Shown here piece by piece: positions 13,510 to 27,400 of a DNA stretch of 64,000 bases. Source of the DNA: Eledone cirrhosa (Eukaryota); the NCBI GenBank assembly GCA_964016885.1, contig OZ024747.1, positions 52,576,001-52,640,000 on the forward strand, in the 5' to 3' direction. A model generated the notes under the pieces. The model was given only the letters and a program-made list of their open reading frames with translations, was not told the origin of the DNA and ran no database searches. Numbering within the stretch: the first letter of the stretch is position 1; each line of letters begins with the position of its first letter. The translations under genes were made by a program, and so were the position numbers.

Positions 13510-16500
13510 AAAACAGAGAGAACCAGTACATAGGACAGTGTTGGTGTAGAGTAAAACAGAGAGAACCAGTACGTAGCACAGAGTCGGTGTAGAGTAAGAC
13601 AGAGAGAACCAGTACATAGGACAGTGTTGGTGTAGAGTAAAACAGAGAGAACCAGTACGTAGCACAGAGTCGGTGTAGAGTAAAACAGAGAGAACCAGTA
13701 CATAGGACAGTGTTGGTGTAGAGTAAAACAGAGAGAACCAGTACATAGGACATTGTTGGTGTAGAGTAAAACAGAGAGAATCAGTACGTAGCACAGTGTT
13801 GGTGTAGAGTAAAACAGAGAGAACCAGTACATAGGACAGAGTCGGTGTAGAGTAAAACAGAGAGAACCAGTACATAGGACAGTGTTGGTGTAGAGTAAAA
13901 CAGAGAGAACCAGTACGTAGCACAGAGTCGGTGTAGAGTAAAACAGAGAGAACCAGTACATAGGACAGAGTAGGTGTAGTGTAAAACAGAGAGAACCAGT
14001 ACGTAGCACAGTGTTGGTGTAGAGTAAAACAGAGAGAACCAATCCGTAGCACAGAGTCGATGTAGAGTAAAACAGAGAGAACCAGTACATAGGACAGTGT
14101 TGGTGTAGAGTAAAACAGAGAGAACCAGTACATAGGACAGAGTCACTGTAGAGTAAAACAGAGAGAACCAGTACGTAGCACAGTTGTGGTGTAGAGTAAA
14201 ACAGAGAGAACCAGTACGTAGCACAGAGTCGCTGTAGAGTAAAACAGAGAGAACCAGTACATAGAACAGAGTCGGTGTAGAGTAAAACAGAGAGAACCAG
14301 TACATAGGACAGAGTTGATGTAGGGTAAAACAGAGAGAACCAGTACATAGGACAGAGTCACTGTAGAGTAAAACAGAGAACTAGTACATAGGACAGAGTC
14401 AGAGTAGAGTAAAACAGAGAGAACCAGTACATAGGACAGAGTCGGTGTAGAGTAAAACAGAGAGAACCAGTACATAGGACAGAGTTGATGTAGGGTAAAA
14501 CAGAGAGAACCAGTACATAGGACAGAGTTGGTGTAGTGTAAAACAGAGAGAACCAGTACATAGGACAGAGTCGGTGTAGAGTAAAACATAGAGAACACGT
14601 ACATAGGACAGAGTTGATGTAGGGTAAAACAGAGAGAACCAGTACATAGGACAGAGTTGGTGTAGAGTAAAACAGAGAGAACCAGTACATAGGACAGAGT
14701 TGGTGTAGAGTAAAACAGAGAGAACCAGTACACAGGACAGAGTTGGTGTAGAGTAAAACAGAGAGAACCAGTACATAGGACAGAGTAGGTGTAGAGTAAA
14801 ACAGAGAGAACCAGTACATAGGACAGAGTCACTGTAGAGTAAAACAGAGAACTAGTACATAGGACAGAGTCAGAGTAGAGTAAAACAGAGAGAACCAGTA
14901 CGTAGCACAGAGTCGGTGTAGAGTAAAACAGAGAGAACCAGTACGTAGCACAGAGTCGGTGTAGAGTAAAACAGAGAGAACCAGTACGTAGCACAGAGTC
15001 GGTGTAGAGTAAAACAGAGAGAACCAGTACATAGGACAGTGTTGGTGTAGAGTAAAACAGAGAGAACCAGTACATAGGACAGTGTTGGTGTAGTGTAAAA
15101 CAGAGAGAACCAGTACGTAGCACAGTGTTGGTGTAGAGTAAAACAGAGAGAACCAGTACGTAGCACAGAGTCGATGTAGAGTAAAACAGAGAGAACCAGT
15201 ACATAGAACAGAGTCGGTGTAGATTAAAACAGAGAGAACCAGTACATAGGACAGAGTCACTGTAGAGTAAAACAGAGAACTAGTACATAGGACAGAGTCA
15301 GAGTAGAGTAAAACAGAGAGAACCAGTACATAGGAGAGAGTCGGTGTAGAGTAAAACAGAGAGAACCAGTACATAGGACAGAGTTGATGTAGGGTAAAAC
15401 AGAGAGAACCAGTACATAGGACAGAGTTGGTGTACTGTAAAACAGAGAGAACCAGTACATAGGACAGAGTCGGTGTAGAGTAAAACATAGAGAACACGTA
15501 CATAGGACAGAGTTGATGTAGGGTAAAACAGAGAGAACCAGTACATAGGACAGAGTTGGTGTAGAGTAAAACAGAGAGAACCAGTACATAGGAGAGTCAG
15601 AGTAGAGTAAAACAGAGAGAACCAGTACATAGGACAGAGTTGGTGTAGAGTAAAACAGAGAGAACCAGTACACAGGACAGAGTTGGTGTAGAGTAAAACA
15701 GAGAGAACCAGTACATATGACAGAGTAGGTGTAGAGTAAAACAGAGAGAACCAGTACATAGGACAGAGTCGGTGTAGAGTAAAACAGAGAGAACCAGTAC
15801 ATAGGAGAGTGTTGGTGTAGAGTAAACCAGAGAGAACCAGTACATAGGACAGTGTTGGTGTAGAGTAAAACAGAGAGAACCAGTACATAGGACAGAGTAG
15901 CTGTAGTGTAAAACAGAGAACAGAGAGAACCAGTACATAGGACAGTTTGGTGTAGAGTAAAACAGAGAGAACCAGTACGTAGCACAGAGTCGGTGTAGAG
16001 TAAAACAGAGAGAACCAGTACATAGGACAGTGTTGGTGTAGAGTAAAACAGAGAGAACCAGTACATAGGACATTGTTGGTGTAGAGTAAAACAGAGAGAA
16101 CCAGTACGTAGCACAGTGTTGGTGTAGAGTAAAACAGAGAGAACCAGTACGTAGCACAGAGTCGGTGTAGAGTAAAACAGAGAGAACCAGTACGTAGCAC
16201 AGAGTCGGTGTAGAGTAAAACAGAGAGAACCAGTACATAGGACAGTGTTGGTGTAGAGTAAAACAGAGAGAACCAGTACATAGGACAGTGTTGGTGTAGA
16301 GTAAAACAGAGAGAACCAGTACGTAGCACAGAGTCGATGTAGAGTAAAACAGAGAGAACCAGTACATAGGACAGTGTTGGTGTAGAGTAAAACAGAGAGA
16401 ACCAGTACATAGGACAGTGTTGGTGTAGAGTAAAACAGAGAGAACCAGTACGTAGCACAGAGTCGGTGTAGAGTAAGACAGAGAGAACCAGTACATAGGA

Positions 16501-19500
16501 CAGTGTTGGTGTAGAGTAAAACAGAGAGAACCAGTACGTAGCACAGAGTCGGTGTAGAGTAAAACAGAGAGAACCAGTACATAGGACAGTGTTGGTGTAG
16601 AGTAAAACAGAGAGAACCAGTACATAGGACATTGTTGGTGTAGAGTAAAACAGAGAGAATCAGTACGTAGCACAGTGTTGGTGTAGAGTAAAACAGAGAG
16701 AACCAGTACATAGGACAGAGTCGGTGTAGAGTAAAACAGAGAGAACCAGTACATAGGACAGTGTTGGTGTAGAGTAAAACAGAGAGAACCAGTACGTAGC
16801 ACAGAGTCGGTGTAGAGTAAAACAGAGAGAACCAGTACATAGGACAGAGTAGGTGTAGTGTAAAACAGAGAGAACCAGTACGTAGCACAGTGTTGGTGTA
16901 GAGTAAAACAGAGAGAACCAGTACGTAGCACAGAGTCGATGTAGAGTAAAACAGAGAGAACCAGTACATAGGACAGTGTTGGTGTAGAGTAAAACAGAGA
17001 GAACCAGTACATAGGACAGAGTCACTGTAGAGTAAAACAGAGAGAACCAGTACGTAGCACAGTTGTGGTGTAGAGTAAAACAGAGAGAACCAGTACGTAG
17101 CACAGAGTCGCTGTAGAGTAAAACAGAGAGAACCAGTACATAGAACAGAGTCGGTGTAGAGTAAAACAGAGAGAACCAGTACATAGGACAGAGTTGATGT
17201 AGGGTAAAACAGAGAGAACCAGTACATAGGACAGAGTCACTGTAGAGTAAAACAGAGAACTAGTACATAGGACAGAGTCAGAGTAGAGTAAAACAGAGAG
17301 AACCAGTACATAGGACAGAGTCGGTGTAGAGTAAAACAGAGAGAACCAGTACATAGGACAGAGTTGATGTAGGGTAAAACAGAGAGAACCAGTACATAGG
17401 ACAGAGTTGGTGTAGTGTAAAACAGAGAGAACCAGTACATAGGACAGAGTCGGTGTAGAGTAAAACATAGAGAACACGTACATAGGACAGAGTTGATGTA
17501 GGGTAAAACAGAGAGAACCAGTACATAGGACAGAGTTGGTGTAGAGTAAAACAGAGAGAACCAGTACATAGGACAGAGTTGGTGTAGAGTAAAACAGAGA
17601 GAACCAGTACACAGGACAGAGTTGGTGTAGAGTAAAACAGAGAGAACCAGTACATAGGACAGAGTAGGTGTAGAGTAAAACAGAGAGAACCAGTACATAG
17701 GACAGAGTCACTGTAGAGTAAAACAGAGAACTAGTACATAGGACAGAGTCAGAGTAGAGTAAAACAGAGAGAACCAGTACGTAGCACAGAGTCGGTGTAG
17801 AGTAAAACAGAGAGAACCAGTACGTAGCACAGAGTCGGTGTAGAGTAAAACAGAGAGAACCAGTACGTAGCACAGAGTCGGTGTAGAGTAAAACAGAGAG
17901 AACCAGTACATAGGACAGTGTTGGTGTAGAGTAAAACAGAGAGAACCAGTACATAGGACAGTGTTGGTGTAGTGTAAAACAGAGAGAACCAGTACGTAGC
18001 ACAGTGTTGGTGTAGAGTAAAACAGAGAGAACCAGTACGTAGCACAGAGTCGATGTAGAGTAAAACAGAGAGAACCAGTACATAGAACAGAGTCGGTGTA
18101 GAGTAAAACAGAGAGAACCAGTACATAGGACAGAGTCACTGTAGAGTAAAACAGAGAACTAGTACATAGGACAGAGTCAGAGTAGAGTAAAACAGAGAGA
18201 ACCAGTACATAGGAGAGAGTCGGTGTAGAGTAAAACAGAGAGAACCAGTACATAGGACAGAGTTGATGTAGGGTAAAACAGAGAGAACCAGTACATAGGA
18301 CAGAGTTGGTGTACTGTAAAACAGAGAGAACCAGTACATAGGACAGAGTCGGTGTAGAGTAAAACATAGAGAACACGTACATAGGACAGAGTTGATGTAG
18401 GGTAAAACAGAGAGAACCAGTACATAGGACAGAGTTGGTGTAGAGTAAAACAGAGAGAACCAGTACATAGGAGAGTCAGAGTAGAGTAAAACAGAGAGAA
18501 CCAGTACATAGGACAGAGTTGGTGTAGAGTAAAACAGAGAGAACCAGTACACAGGACAGAGTTGGTGTAGAGTAAAACAGAGAGAACCAGTACATATGAC
18601 AGAGTAGGTGTAGAGTAAAACAGAGAGAACCAGTACATAGGACAGAGTCGGTGTAGAGTAAAACAGAGAGAACCAGTACATAGGAGAGTGTTGGTGTAGA
18701 GTAAACCAGAGAGAACCAGTACATAGGACAGTGTTGGTGTAGAGTAAAACAGAGAGAACCAGTACATAGGACAGAGTAGCTGTAGTGTAAAACAGAGAAC
18801 AGAGAGAACCAGTACATAGGACAGTTTGGTGTAGAGTAAAACAGAGAGAACCAGTACGTAGCACAGAGTCGGTGTAGAGTAAAACAGAGAGAACCAGTAC
18901 ATAGGACAGTGTTGGTGTAGAGTAAAACAGAGAGAACCAGTACATAGGACATTGTTGGTGTAGAGTAAAACAGAGAGAACCAGTACGTAGCACAGTGTTG
19001 GTGTAGAGTAAAACAGAGAGAACCAGTACGTAGCACAGAGTCGGTGTAGAGTAAAACAGAGAGAACCAGTACGTAGCACAGAGTCGGTGTAGAGTAAAAC
19101 AGAGAGAACCAGTACATAGGACAGTGTTGGTGTAGAGTAAAACAGAGAGAACCAGTACATAGGACAGTGTTGGTGTAGAGTAAAACAGAGAGAACCAGTA
19201 CGTAGCACAGAGTCGATGTAGAGTAAAACAGAGAGAACCAGTACATAGGACAGTGTTGGTGTAGAGTAAAACAGAGAGAACCAGTACATAGGACAGTGTT
19301 GGTGTAGAGTAAAACAGAGAGAACCAGTACGTAGCACAGAGTCGATGTAGAGTAAAACAGAGAGAACCAGTACATAGGACAGAGTCACTGTAGAGTAAAA
19401 CAGAGAGAACCAGTACGTAGCACAGTTGTGGTGTAGAGTAAAACAGAGAGAACCAGTACGTAGCACAGAGTCGCTGTAGAGTAAAACAGAGAGAACCAGT

Positions 19501-22500
19501 ACATAGAACAGAGTCGGTGTAGAGTAAAACAGAGAGAACCAGTACATAGGACAGAGTCACTGTAGAGTAAAACAGAGAACTAGTACATAGGACAGAGTCA
19601 GAGTAGAGTAAAACAGAGAGAACCAGTACATAGGAGAGAGTCGGTGTAGAGTAAAACAGAGAGAACCAGTACATAGGACAGAGTTGATGTAGGGTAAAAC
19701 AGAGAGAACCAGTACATAGGACAGAGTTGGTGTACTGTAAAACAGAGAGAACCAGTACATAGGACAGAGTCGGTGTAGAGTAAAACATAGAGAACACGTA
19801 CATAGGACAGAGTTGATGTAGGGTAAAACAGAGAGAACCAGTACATAGGACAGAGTTGGTGTAGAGTAAAACAGAGAGAACCAGTACATAGGAGAGTCAG
19901 AGTAGAGTAAAACAGAGAGAACCAGTACATAGGACAGAGTTGGTGTAGAGTAAAACAGAGAGAACCAGTACACAGGACAGAGTTGGTGTAGAGTAAAACA
20001 GAGAGAACCAGTACATATGACAGAGTAGGTGTAGAGTAAAACAGAGAGAACCAGTACATAGGACAGAGTCGGTGTAGAGTAAAACAGAGAGAACCAGTAC
20101 ATAGGAGAGTGTTGGTGTAGAGTAAACCAGAGAGAATCAGTACATAGGACAGTGTTGGTGTAGAGTAAAACAGAGAGAACCAGTACATAGGACAGAGTAG
20201 CTGTAGTGTAAAACAGAGAACAGAGAGAACCAGTACATAGGACAGTTTGGTGTAGAGTAAAACAGAGAGAACCAGTACGTAGCACAGAGTCGGTGTAGAG
20301 TAAAACAGAGAGAACCAGTACATAGGACAGTGTTGGTGTAGAGTAAAACAGAGAGAACCAGTACATAGGACATTGTTGGTGTAGAGTAAAACAGAGAGAA
20401 CCAGTACGTAGCACAGTGTTGGTGTAGAGTAAAACAGAGAGAACCAGTACGTAGCACAGAGTCGGTGTAGAGTAAAACAGAGAGAACCAGTACGTAGCAC
20501 AGAGTCGGTGTAGAGTAAAACAGAGAGAACCAGTACATAGGACAGTGTTGGTGTAGAGTAAAACAGAGAGAACCAGTACATAGGACAGTGTTGGTGTAGA
20601 GTAAAACAGAGAGAACCAGTACGTAGCACAGAGTCGATGTAGAGTAAAACAGAGAGAACCAGTACATAGGACAGTGTTGGTGTAGAGTAAAACAGAGAGA
20701 ACCAGTACATAGGACAGTGTTGGTGTAGAGTAAAACAGAGAGAACCAGTACGTAGCACAGAGTCGGTGTAGAGTAAGACAGAGAGAACCAGTACATAGGA
20801 CAGTGTTGGTGTAGAGTAAAACAGAGAGAACCAGTACGTAGCACAGAGTCGGTGTAGAGTAAAACAGAGAGAACCAGTACATAGGACAGTGTTGGTGTAG
20901 AGTAAAACAGAGAGAACCAGTACATAGGACATTGTTGGTGTAGAGTAAAACAGAGAGAATCAGTACGTAGCACAGTGTTGGTGTAGAGTAAAACAGAGAG
21001 AACCAGTACATAGGACAGAGTCGCTGTAGAGTAAAACAGAGAGAACCAGTACATAGGACAGTGTTGGTGTAGAGTAAAACAGAGAGAACCAGTACGTAGC
21101 ACAGAGTCGGTGTAGAGTAAAACAGAGAGAACCAGTACATAGGACAGAGTAGGTGTAGTGTAAAACAGAGAGAACCAGTACGTAGCACAGTGTTGGTGTA
21201 GAGTAAAACAGAGAGAACCAGTACGTAGCACAGAGTCGATGTAGAGTAAAACAGAGAGAACCAGTACATAGGACAGTGTTGGTGTAGAGTAAAACAGAGA
21301 GAACCAGTACATAGGACAGAGTCACTGTAGAGTAAAACAGAGAGAACCAGTACGTAGCACAGTTGTGGTGTAGAGTAAAACAGAGAGAACCAGTACGTAG
21401 CACAGAGTCGCTGTAGAGTAAAACAGAGAGAACCAGTACATAGAACAGAGTCGGTGTAGAGTAAAACAGAGAGAACCAGTACATAGGACAGAGTTGATGT
21501 AGGGTAAAACAGAGAGAACCAGTACATAGGACAGAGTCACTGTAGAGTAAAACAGAGAACTAGTACATAGGACAGAGTCAGAGTAGAGTAAAACAGAGAG
21601 AACCAGTACATAGGACAGAGTCGGTGTAGAGTAAAACAGAGAGAACCAGTACATAGGACAGAGTTGATGTAGGGTAAAACAGAGAGAACCAGTACATAGG
21701 ACAGAGTTGGTGTAGTGTAAAACAGAGAGAACCAGTACATAGGACAGAGTCGGTGTAGAGTAAAACATAGAGAACACGTACATAGGACAGAGTTGATGTA
21801 GGGTAAAACAGAGAGAACCAGTACATAGGACAGAGTTGGTGTAGAGTAAAACAGAGAGAACCAGTACATAGGACAGAGTTGGTGTAGAGTAAAACAGAGA
21901 GAACCAGTACACAGGACAGAGTTGGTGTAGAGTAAAACAGAGAGAACCAGTACATAGGACAGAGTAGGTGTAGAGTAAAACAGAGAGAACCAGTACATAG
22001 GACAGAGTCACTGTAGAGTAAAACAGAGAACTAGTACATAGGACAGAGTCAGAGTAGAGTAAAACAGAGAGAACCAGTACGTAGCACAGAGTCGGTGTAG
22101 AGTAAAACAGAGAGAACCAGTACGTAGCACAGAGTCGGTGTAGAGTAAAACAGAGAGAACCAGTACGTAGCACAGAGTCGGTGTAGAGTAAAACAGAGAG
22201 AACCAGTACATAGGACAGTGTTGGTGTAGAGTAAAACAGAGAGAACCAGTACATAGGACAGTGTTGGTGTAGTGTAAAACAGAGAGAACCAGTACGTAGC
22301 ACAGTGTTGGTGTAGAGTAAAACAGAGAGAACCAGTACGTAGCACAGAGTCGATGTAGAGTAAAACAGAGAGAACCAGTACATAGAACAGAGTCGGTGTA
22401 GAGTAAAACAGAGAGAACCAGTACATAGGACAGAGTCACTGTAGAGTAAAACAGAGAACTAGTACATAGGACAGAGTCAGAGTAGAGTAAAACAGAGAGA

Positions 22501-23930
22501 ACCAGTACATAGGAGAGAGTCGGTGTAGAGTAAAACAGAGAGAACCAGTACATAGGACAGAGTTGATGTAGGGTAAAACAGAGAGAACCAGTACATAGGA
22601 CAGAGTTGGTGTACTGTAAAACAGAGAGAACCAGTACATAGGACAGAGTCGGTGTAGAGTAAAACATAGAGAACACGTACATAGGACAGAGTTGATGTAG
22701 GGTAAAACAGAGAGAACCAGTACATAGGACAGAGTTGGTGTAGAGTAAAACAGAGAGAACCAGTACATAGGAGAGTCAGAGTAGAGTAAAACAGAGAGAA
22801 CCAGTACATAGGACAGAGTTGGTGTAGAGTAAAACAGAGAGAACCAGTACACAGGACAGAGTTGGTGTAGAGTAAAACAGAGAGAACCAGTACATATGAC
22901 AGAGTAGGTGTAGAGTAAAACAGAGAGAACCAGTACATAGGACAGAGTCGGTGTAGAGTAAAACAGAGAGAACCAGTACATAGGAGAGTGTTGGTGTAGA
23001 GTAAACCAGAGAGAACCAGTACATAGGACAGTGTTGGTGTAGAGTAAAACAGAGAGAACCAGTACATAGGACAGAGTAGCTGTAGTGTAAAACAGAGAAC
23101 AGAGAGAACCAGTACATAGGACAGTTTGGTGTAGAGTAAAACAGAGAGAACCAGTACGTAGCACAGAGTCGGTGTAGAGTAAAACAGAGAGAACCAGTAC
23201 ATAGGACAGTGTTGGTGTAGAGTAAAACAGAGAGAACCAGTACATAGGACATTGTTGGTGTAGAGTAAAACAGAGAGAACCAGTACGTAGCACAGTGTTG
23301 GTGTAGAGTAAAACAGAGAGAACCAGTACGTAGCACAGAGTCGGTGTAGAGTAAAACAGAGAGAACCAGTACGTAGCACAGAGTCGGTGTAGAGTAAAAC
23401 AGAGAGAACCAGTACATAGGACAGTGTTGGTGTAGAGTAAAACAGAGAGAACCAGTACATAGGACAGTGTTGGTGTAGAGTAAAACAGAGAGAACCAGTA
23501 CGTAGCACAGAGTCGATGTAGAGTAAAACAGAGAGAACCAGTACATAGGACAGTGTTGGTGTAGAGTAAAACAGAGAGAACCAGTACATAGGACAGTGTT
23601 GGTGTAGAGTAAAACAGAGAGAACCAGTACGTAGCACAGAGTCGATGTAGAGTAAAACAGAGAGAACCAGTACATAGGACAGAGTCACTGTAGAGTAAAA
23701 CAGAGAGAACCAGTACGTAGCACAGTTGTGGTGTAGAGTAAAACAGAGAGAACCAGTACGTAGCACAGAGTCGCTGTAGAGTAAAACAGAGAGAACCAGT
23801 ACATAGAACAGAGTCGGTGTAGAGTAAAACAGAGAGAACCAGTACATAGGACAGAGTCACTGTAGAGTAAAACAGAGAACTAGTACATAGGACAGAGTCA
23901 GAGTAGAGTAAAACAGAGAGAACCAGTACA
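13510..23930. repeat. Nested higher-order repeat: alternating 2879-bp and 1421-bp units forming a 4300-bp duplicated super-unit
   Basis: The 1-bp-deletion marker ACAGTTTGG lies at 15942, 18821, 20242 and 23121 (spacings 2879, 1421, 2879). ORF-track copies 14143/17022/21322, 15257/19557 and 18177/22477 give the same offsets. Confidence 0.92.
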
Positions 23931-24499
23931 TAGGACAGAGTCGGTGTAGAGTAAAACAGAGAACCAGTACATAGGACAGAGTTGGTGTACTGTAAAACAG
24001 AGAGAACCAGTACATAGGACAGAGTCGGTGTAGAGTAAAACATAGAGAACACGTACATAGGACAGAGTTGATGTAGGGTAAAACAGAGAGAACCAGTACA
24101 TAGGACAGAGTTGGTGTAGAGTAAAACAGAGAGAACCAGTACATAGGAGAGTCAGAGTAGAGTAAAACAGAGAGAACCAGTACATAGGACAGAGTTGGTG
24201 TAGTGTAAAACAGAGAGAACCAGTACCCAGGACAGAGTTGGTGTAGAGTAAAACAGAGAGAACCAGTACATTTGACAGAGTAGGTGTAGAGTAAAACAGA
24301 GAGAACCAGTACATAGGACAGAGTCGGTGTAGAGTAAAACAGAGAGAACCAGTACATAGGACAGTGTTGGTGTAGAGTAAAACAGAGAGAACCAGTACAT
24401 AGGACAGTGTTGGTGTAGAGTAAAACAGAGAGAACCAGTACATAGGACAGAGTAGTTGTAGTGTAAAACAGAGAACAGAGAGAACCAGTACATAGGACA

Positions 24500-27400
24500 G
24501 TGTTGGTGTAGAGTAAAACAGAGAGAACCAGTACGTAGCACAGAGTCGGTGTAGAGTAAAACAGAGAGAACCAGTACGTAGCACAGAGTCGGTGTAGAGT
24601 AAAACAGAGAGAACCAGTAGATAGGACAGTGTTGGTGTAGAGTAAAACAGAGAGAACCAGTACATAGGACAGTGTTGGTGTAGAGTAAAACAGAGAGAAC
24701 CAGTACGTAGCACAGAGTCGGTGTAGAGTAAGACAGAGAGAACCAGTACATAGGACAGTGTTGGTGTAGAGTAAAACAGAGAGAACCAGTACGTAGCACA
24801 GAGTCGGTGTAGAGTAAAACAGAGAGAACCAGTACGTAGCACAGAGTCGGTGTAGAGTAAAACAGAGAGAACCAGTACATAGGACAGTGTTGGTGTAGAG
24901 TAAAACAGAGAGAACCAGTACATAGGACATTGTTGGTGTAGAGTAAAACAGAGAGAATCAGTACGTAGCACAGTGTTGGTGTAGAGTAAAACAGAGAGAA
25001 CCAGTACATAGGACAGAGTCGGTGTAGAGTAAAACAGAGAGAACCAGTACATAGGACAGTGTTGGTGTAGAGTAAAACAGAGAGAACCAGTACATAGGAC
25101 AGTGTTGGTGTAGAGTAAAACAGAGAGAACCAGTACGTAGCACAGAGTCGGTGTAGAGTAAAACAGAGAGAACCAGTACATAGGACAGAGTAGGTGTAGT
25201 GAAAAACAGAGAGAACCAGTACGTAGCACAGTGTTGGTGTAGAGTAAAACAGAAAGAACCAGTACGTAGCACAGAGTCGATGTAGAGTAAAACAGAGAGA
25301 ACCAGTACATAGGACAGTGTTGGTGTAGAGTAAAACAGAGAGAACCAGTACATAGGACAGAGTCACTGTAGAGTAAAACAGAGAGAACCAGTACGTAGCA
25401 CAGTTGTGGTGTAGAGTAAAACAGAGAGAACCAGTACGTAGCACAGAGTCGCTGTAGAGTAAAACAGAGAGAACCAGTACATAGAACAGAGTCGGTGTAG
25501 AGTAAAACAGAGAGAACCAGTACATAGGACAGAGTCACTGTAGAGTAAAACAGAGAACTAGTACATAGGACAGAGTCAGAGTAGAGTAAAACAGAGAGAA
25601 CCAGTACATAGGACAGAGTCGGTGTAGAGTAAAACAGAGAGAACCAGTACATAGGACAGAGTTGATGTAGGGTAAAACAGAGAGAACCAGTACATAGGAC
25701 AGAGTTGGTGTAGTGTAAAACAGAGAGAACCAGTACATAGGACAGAGTCGGTGTAGAGTAAAACATAGAGAACACGTACATAGGACAGAGTTGATGTAGG
25801 GTAAAACAGAGAGAACCAGTACATAGGACAGAGTTGGTGTAGAGTAAAACAGAGAGAACCAGTACATAGGAGAGTCAGAGTAGAGTAAAACAGAGAGAAC
25901 CAGTACATAGGACAGAGTTGGTGTAGAGTAAAACAGAGAGAACCAGTACACAGGACAGAGTTGGTGTAGAGTAAAACAGAGAGAACCAGTACATATGACA
26001 GAGTAGGTGTAGAGTAAAACAGAGAGAACCAGTACATAGGACAGAGTCACTGTAGAGTAAAACAGAGAACTAGTACATAGGACAGAGTCAGAGTAGAGTA
26101 AAACAGAGAGAACCAGTACATAGGAGAGAGTCGGTGTAGAATAAAACAGAGAGAACCAGTACATAGGACAGAGTTGATGTAGGGTAAAACAGAGAGAACC
26201 AGTACATAGGACAGAGTTGGTGTACTGTAAAACAGAGAGAACCAGTACATAGGACAGAGTCGGTGTAGAGTAAAACATAGAGAACACGTACATAGGACAG
26301 AGTTGATGTAGGGTAAAACAGAGAGAACCAGTACATAGGACAGAGTTGGTGTAGAGTAAAACAGAGAGAACCAGTACATAGGAGAGTCAGAGTAGAGTAA
26401 AACAGAGAGAACCAGTACATAGGACAGAGTTGGTGTAGAGTAAAACAGAGAGAACCAGTACACAGGACAGAGTTGGTGTAGAGTAAAACAGAGAGAACCA
26501 GTACATATGACAGAGTAGGTGTAGAGTAAAACAGAGAGAACCAGTACATAGGACAGAGTCGGTGTAGAATAAAACAGAGAGAACCAGTACATAGGAGAGT
26601 GTTGGTGTAGAGTAAAACAGAGAGAACCAGTACATAGGACAGTGTTGGTGTAGAGTAAAACAGAGAGAACCAGTACGTAGCACAGAGTCGGTGTAGAGTA
26701 AAATAGAGAGAACCAGTACGTAGCACAGAGTCGGTGTAGAGTAAAACAGAGAGAACCAGTACATAGGACAGTGTTGGTGTAGAGTAAAACAGAGAGAACC
26801 AGTACATAGGACATTGTTGGTGTAGAGTAAAACAGAGAGAACCAGTACGTAGCACAGTGTTGGTGTAGAGTAAAACAGAGAGAACCAGTACGTAGCACAG
26901 AGTCAGTGTAGAGTAAAACAGAGAGAACCAGTACGTAGCACAGAGTCGGTGTAGAGTAAAACAGAGAGAACCAGTACGTAGCACAGAGTCGGTGTAGAGT
27001 AAAACAGAGAGAACCAGTACATAGGACAGTGTTGGTGTAGAGTAAAACAGAGAGAACCAGTACATAGGACAGTGTTGGTGTAGAGTAAAACAGAGAGAAC
27101 CAGTACGTAGCACAGAGTCGATGTAGAGTAAAACAGAGAGAACCAGTACATAGGACAGTGTTGGTGTAGAGTAAAACAGACAGAACCAGTACATAGGACA
27201 GAGTCGCTGTAGAGTAAAACAGAGAGAACCAGTACGTAGCACAGTTGTGGTGTAGAGTAAAACAGAGAGAACCAGTACGTAGCACAGAGTCGCTGTAGAT
27301 TAAAACAGAGAGAACCAGTACATAGAACAGAGTCGGTGTAGAGTAAAACAGAGAGAACCAGTACATAGGACAGAGTCACTGTAGAGTAAAACAGAGAACT

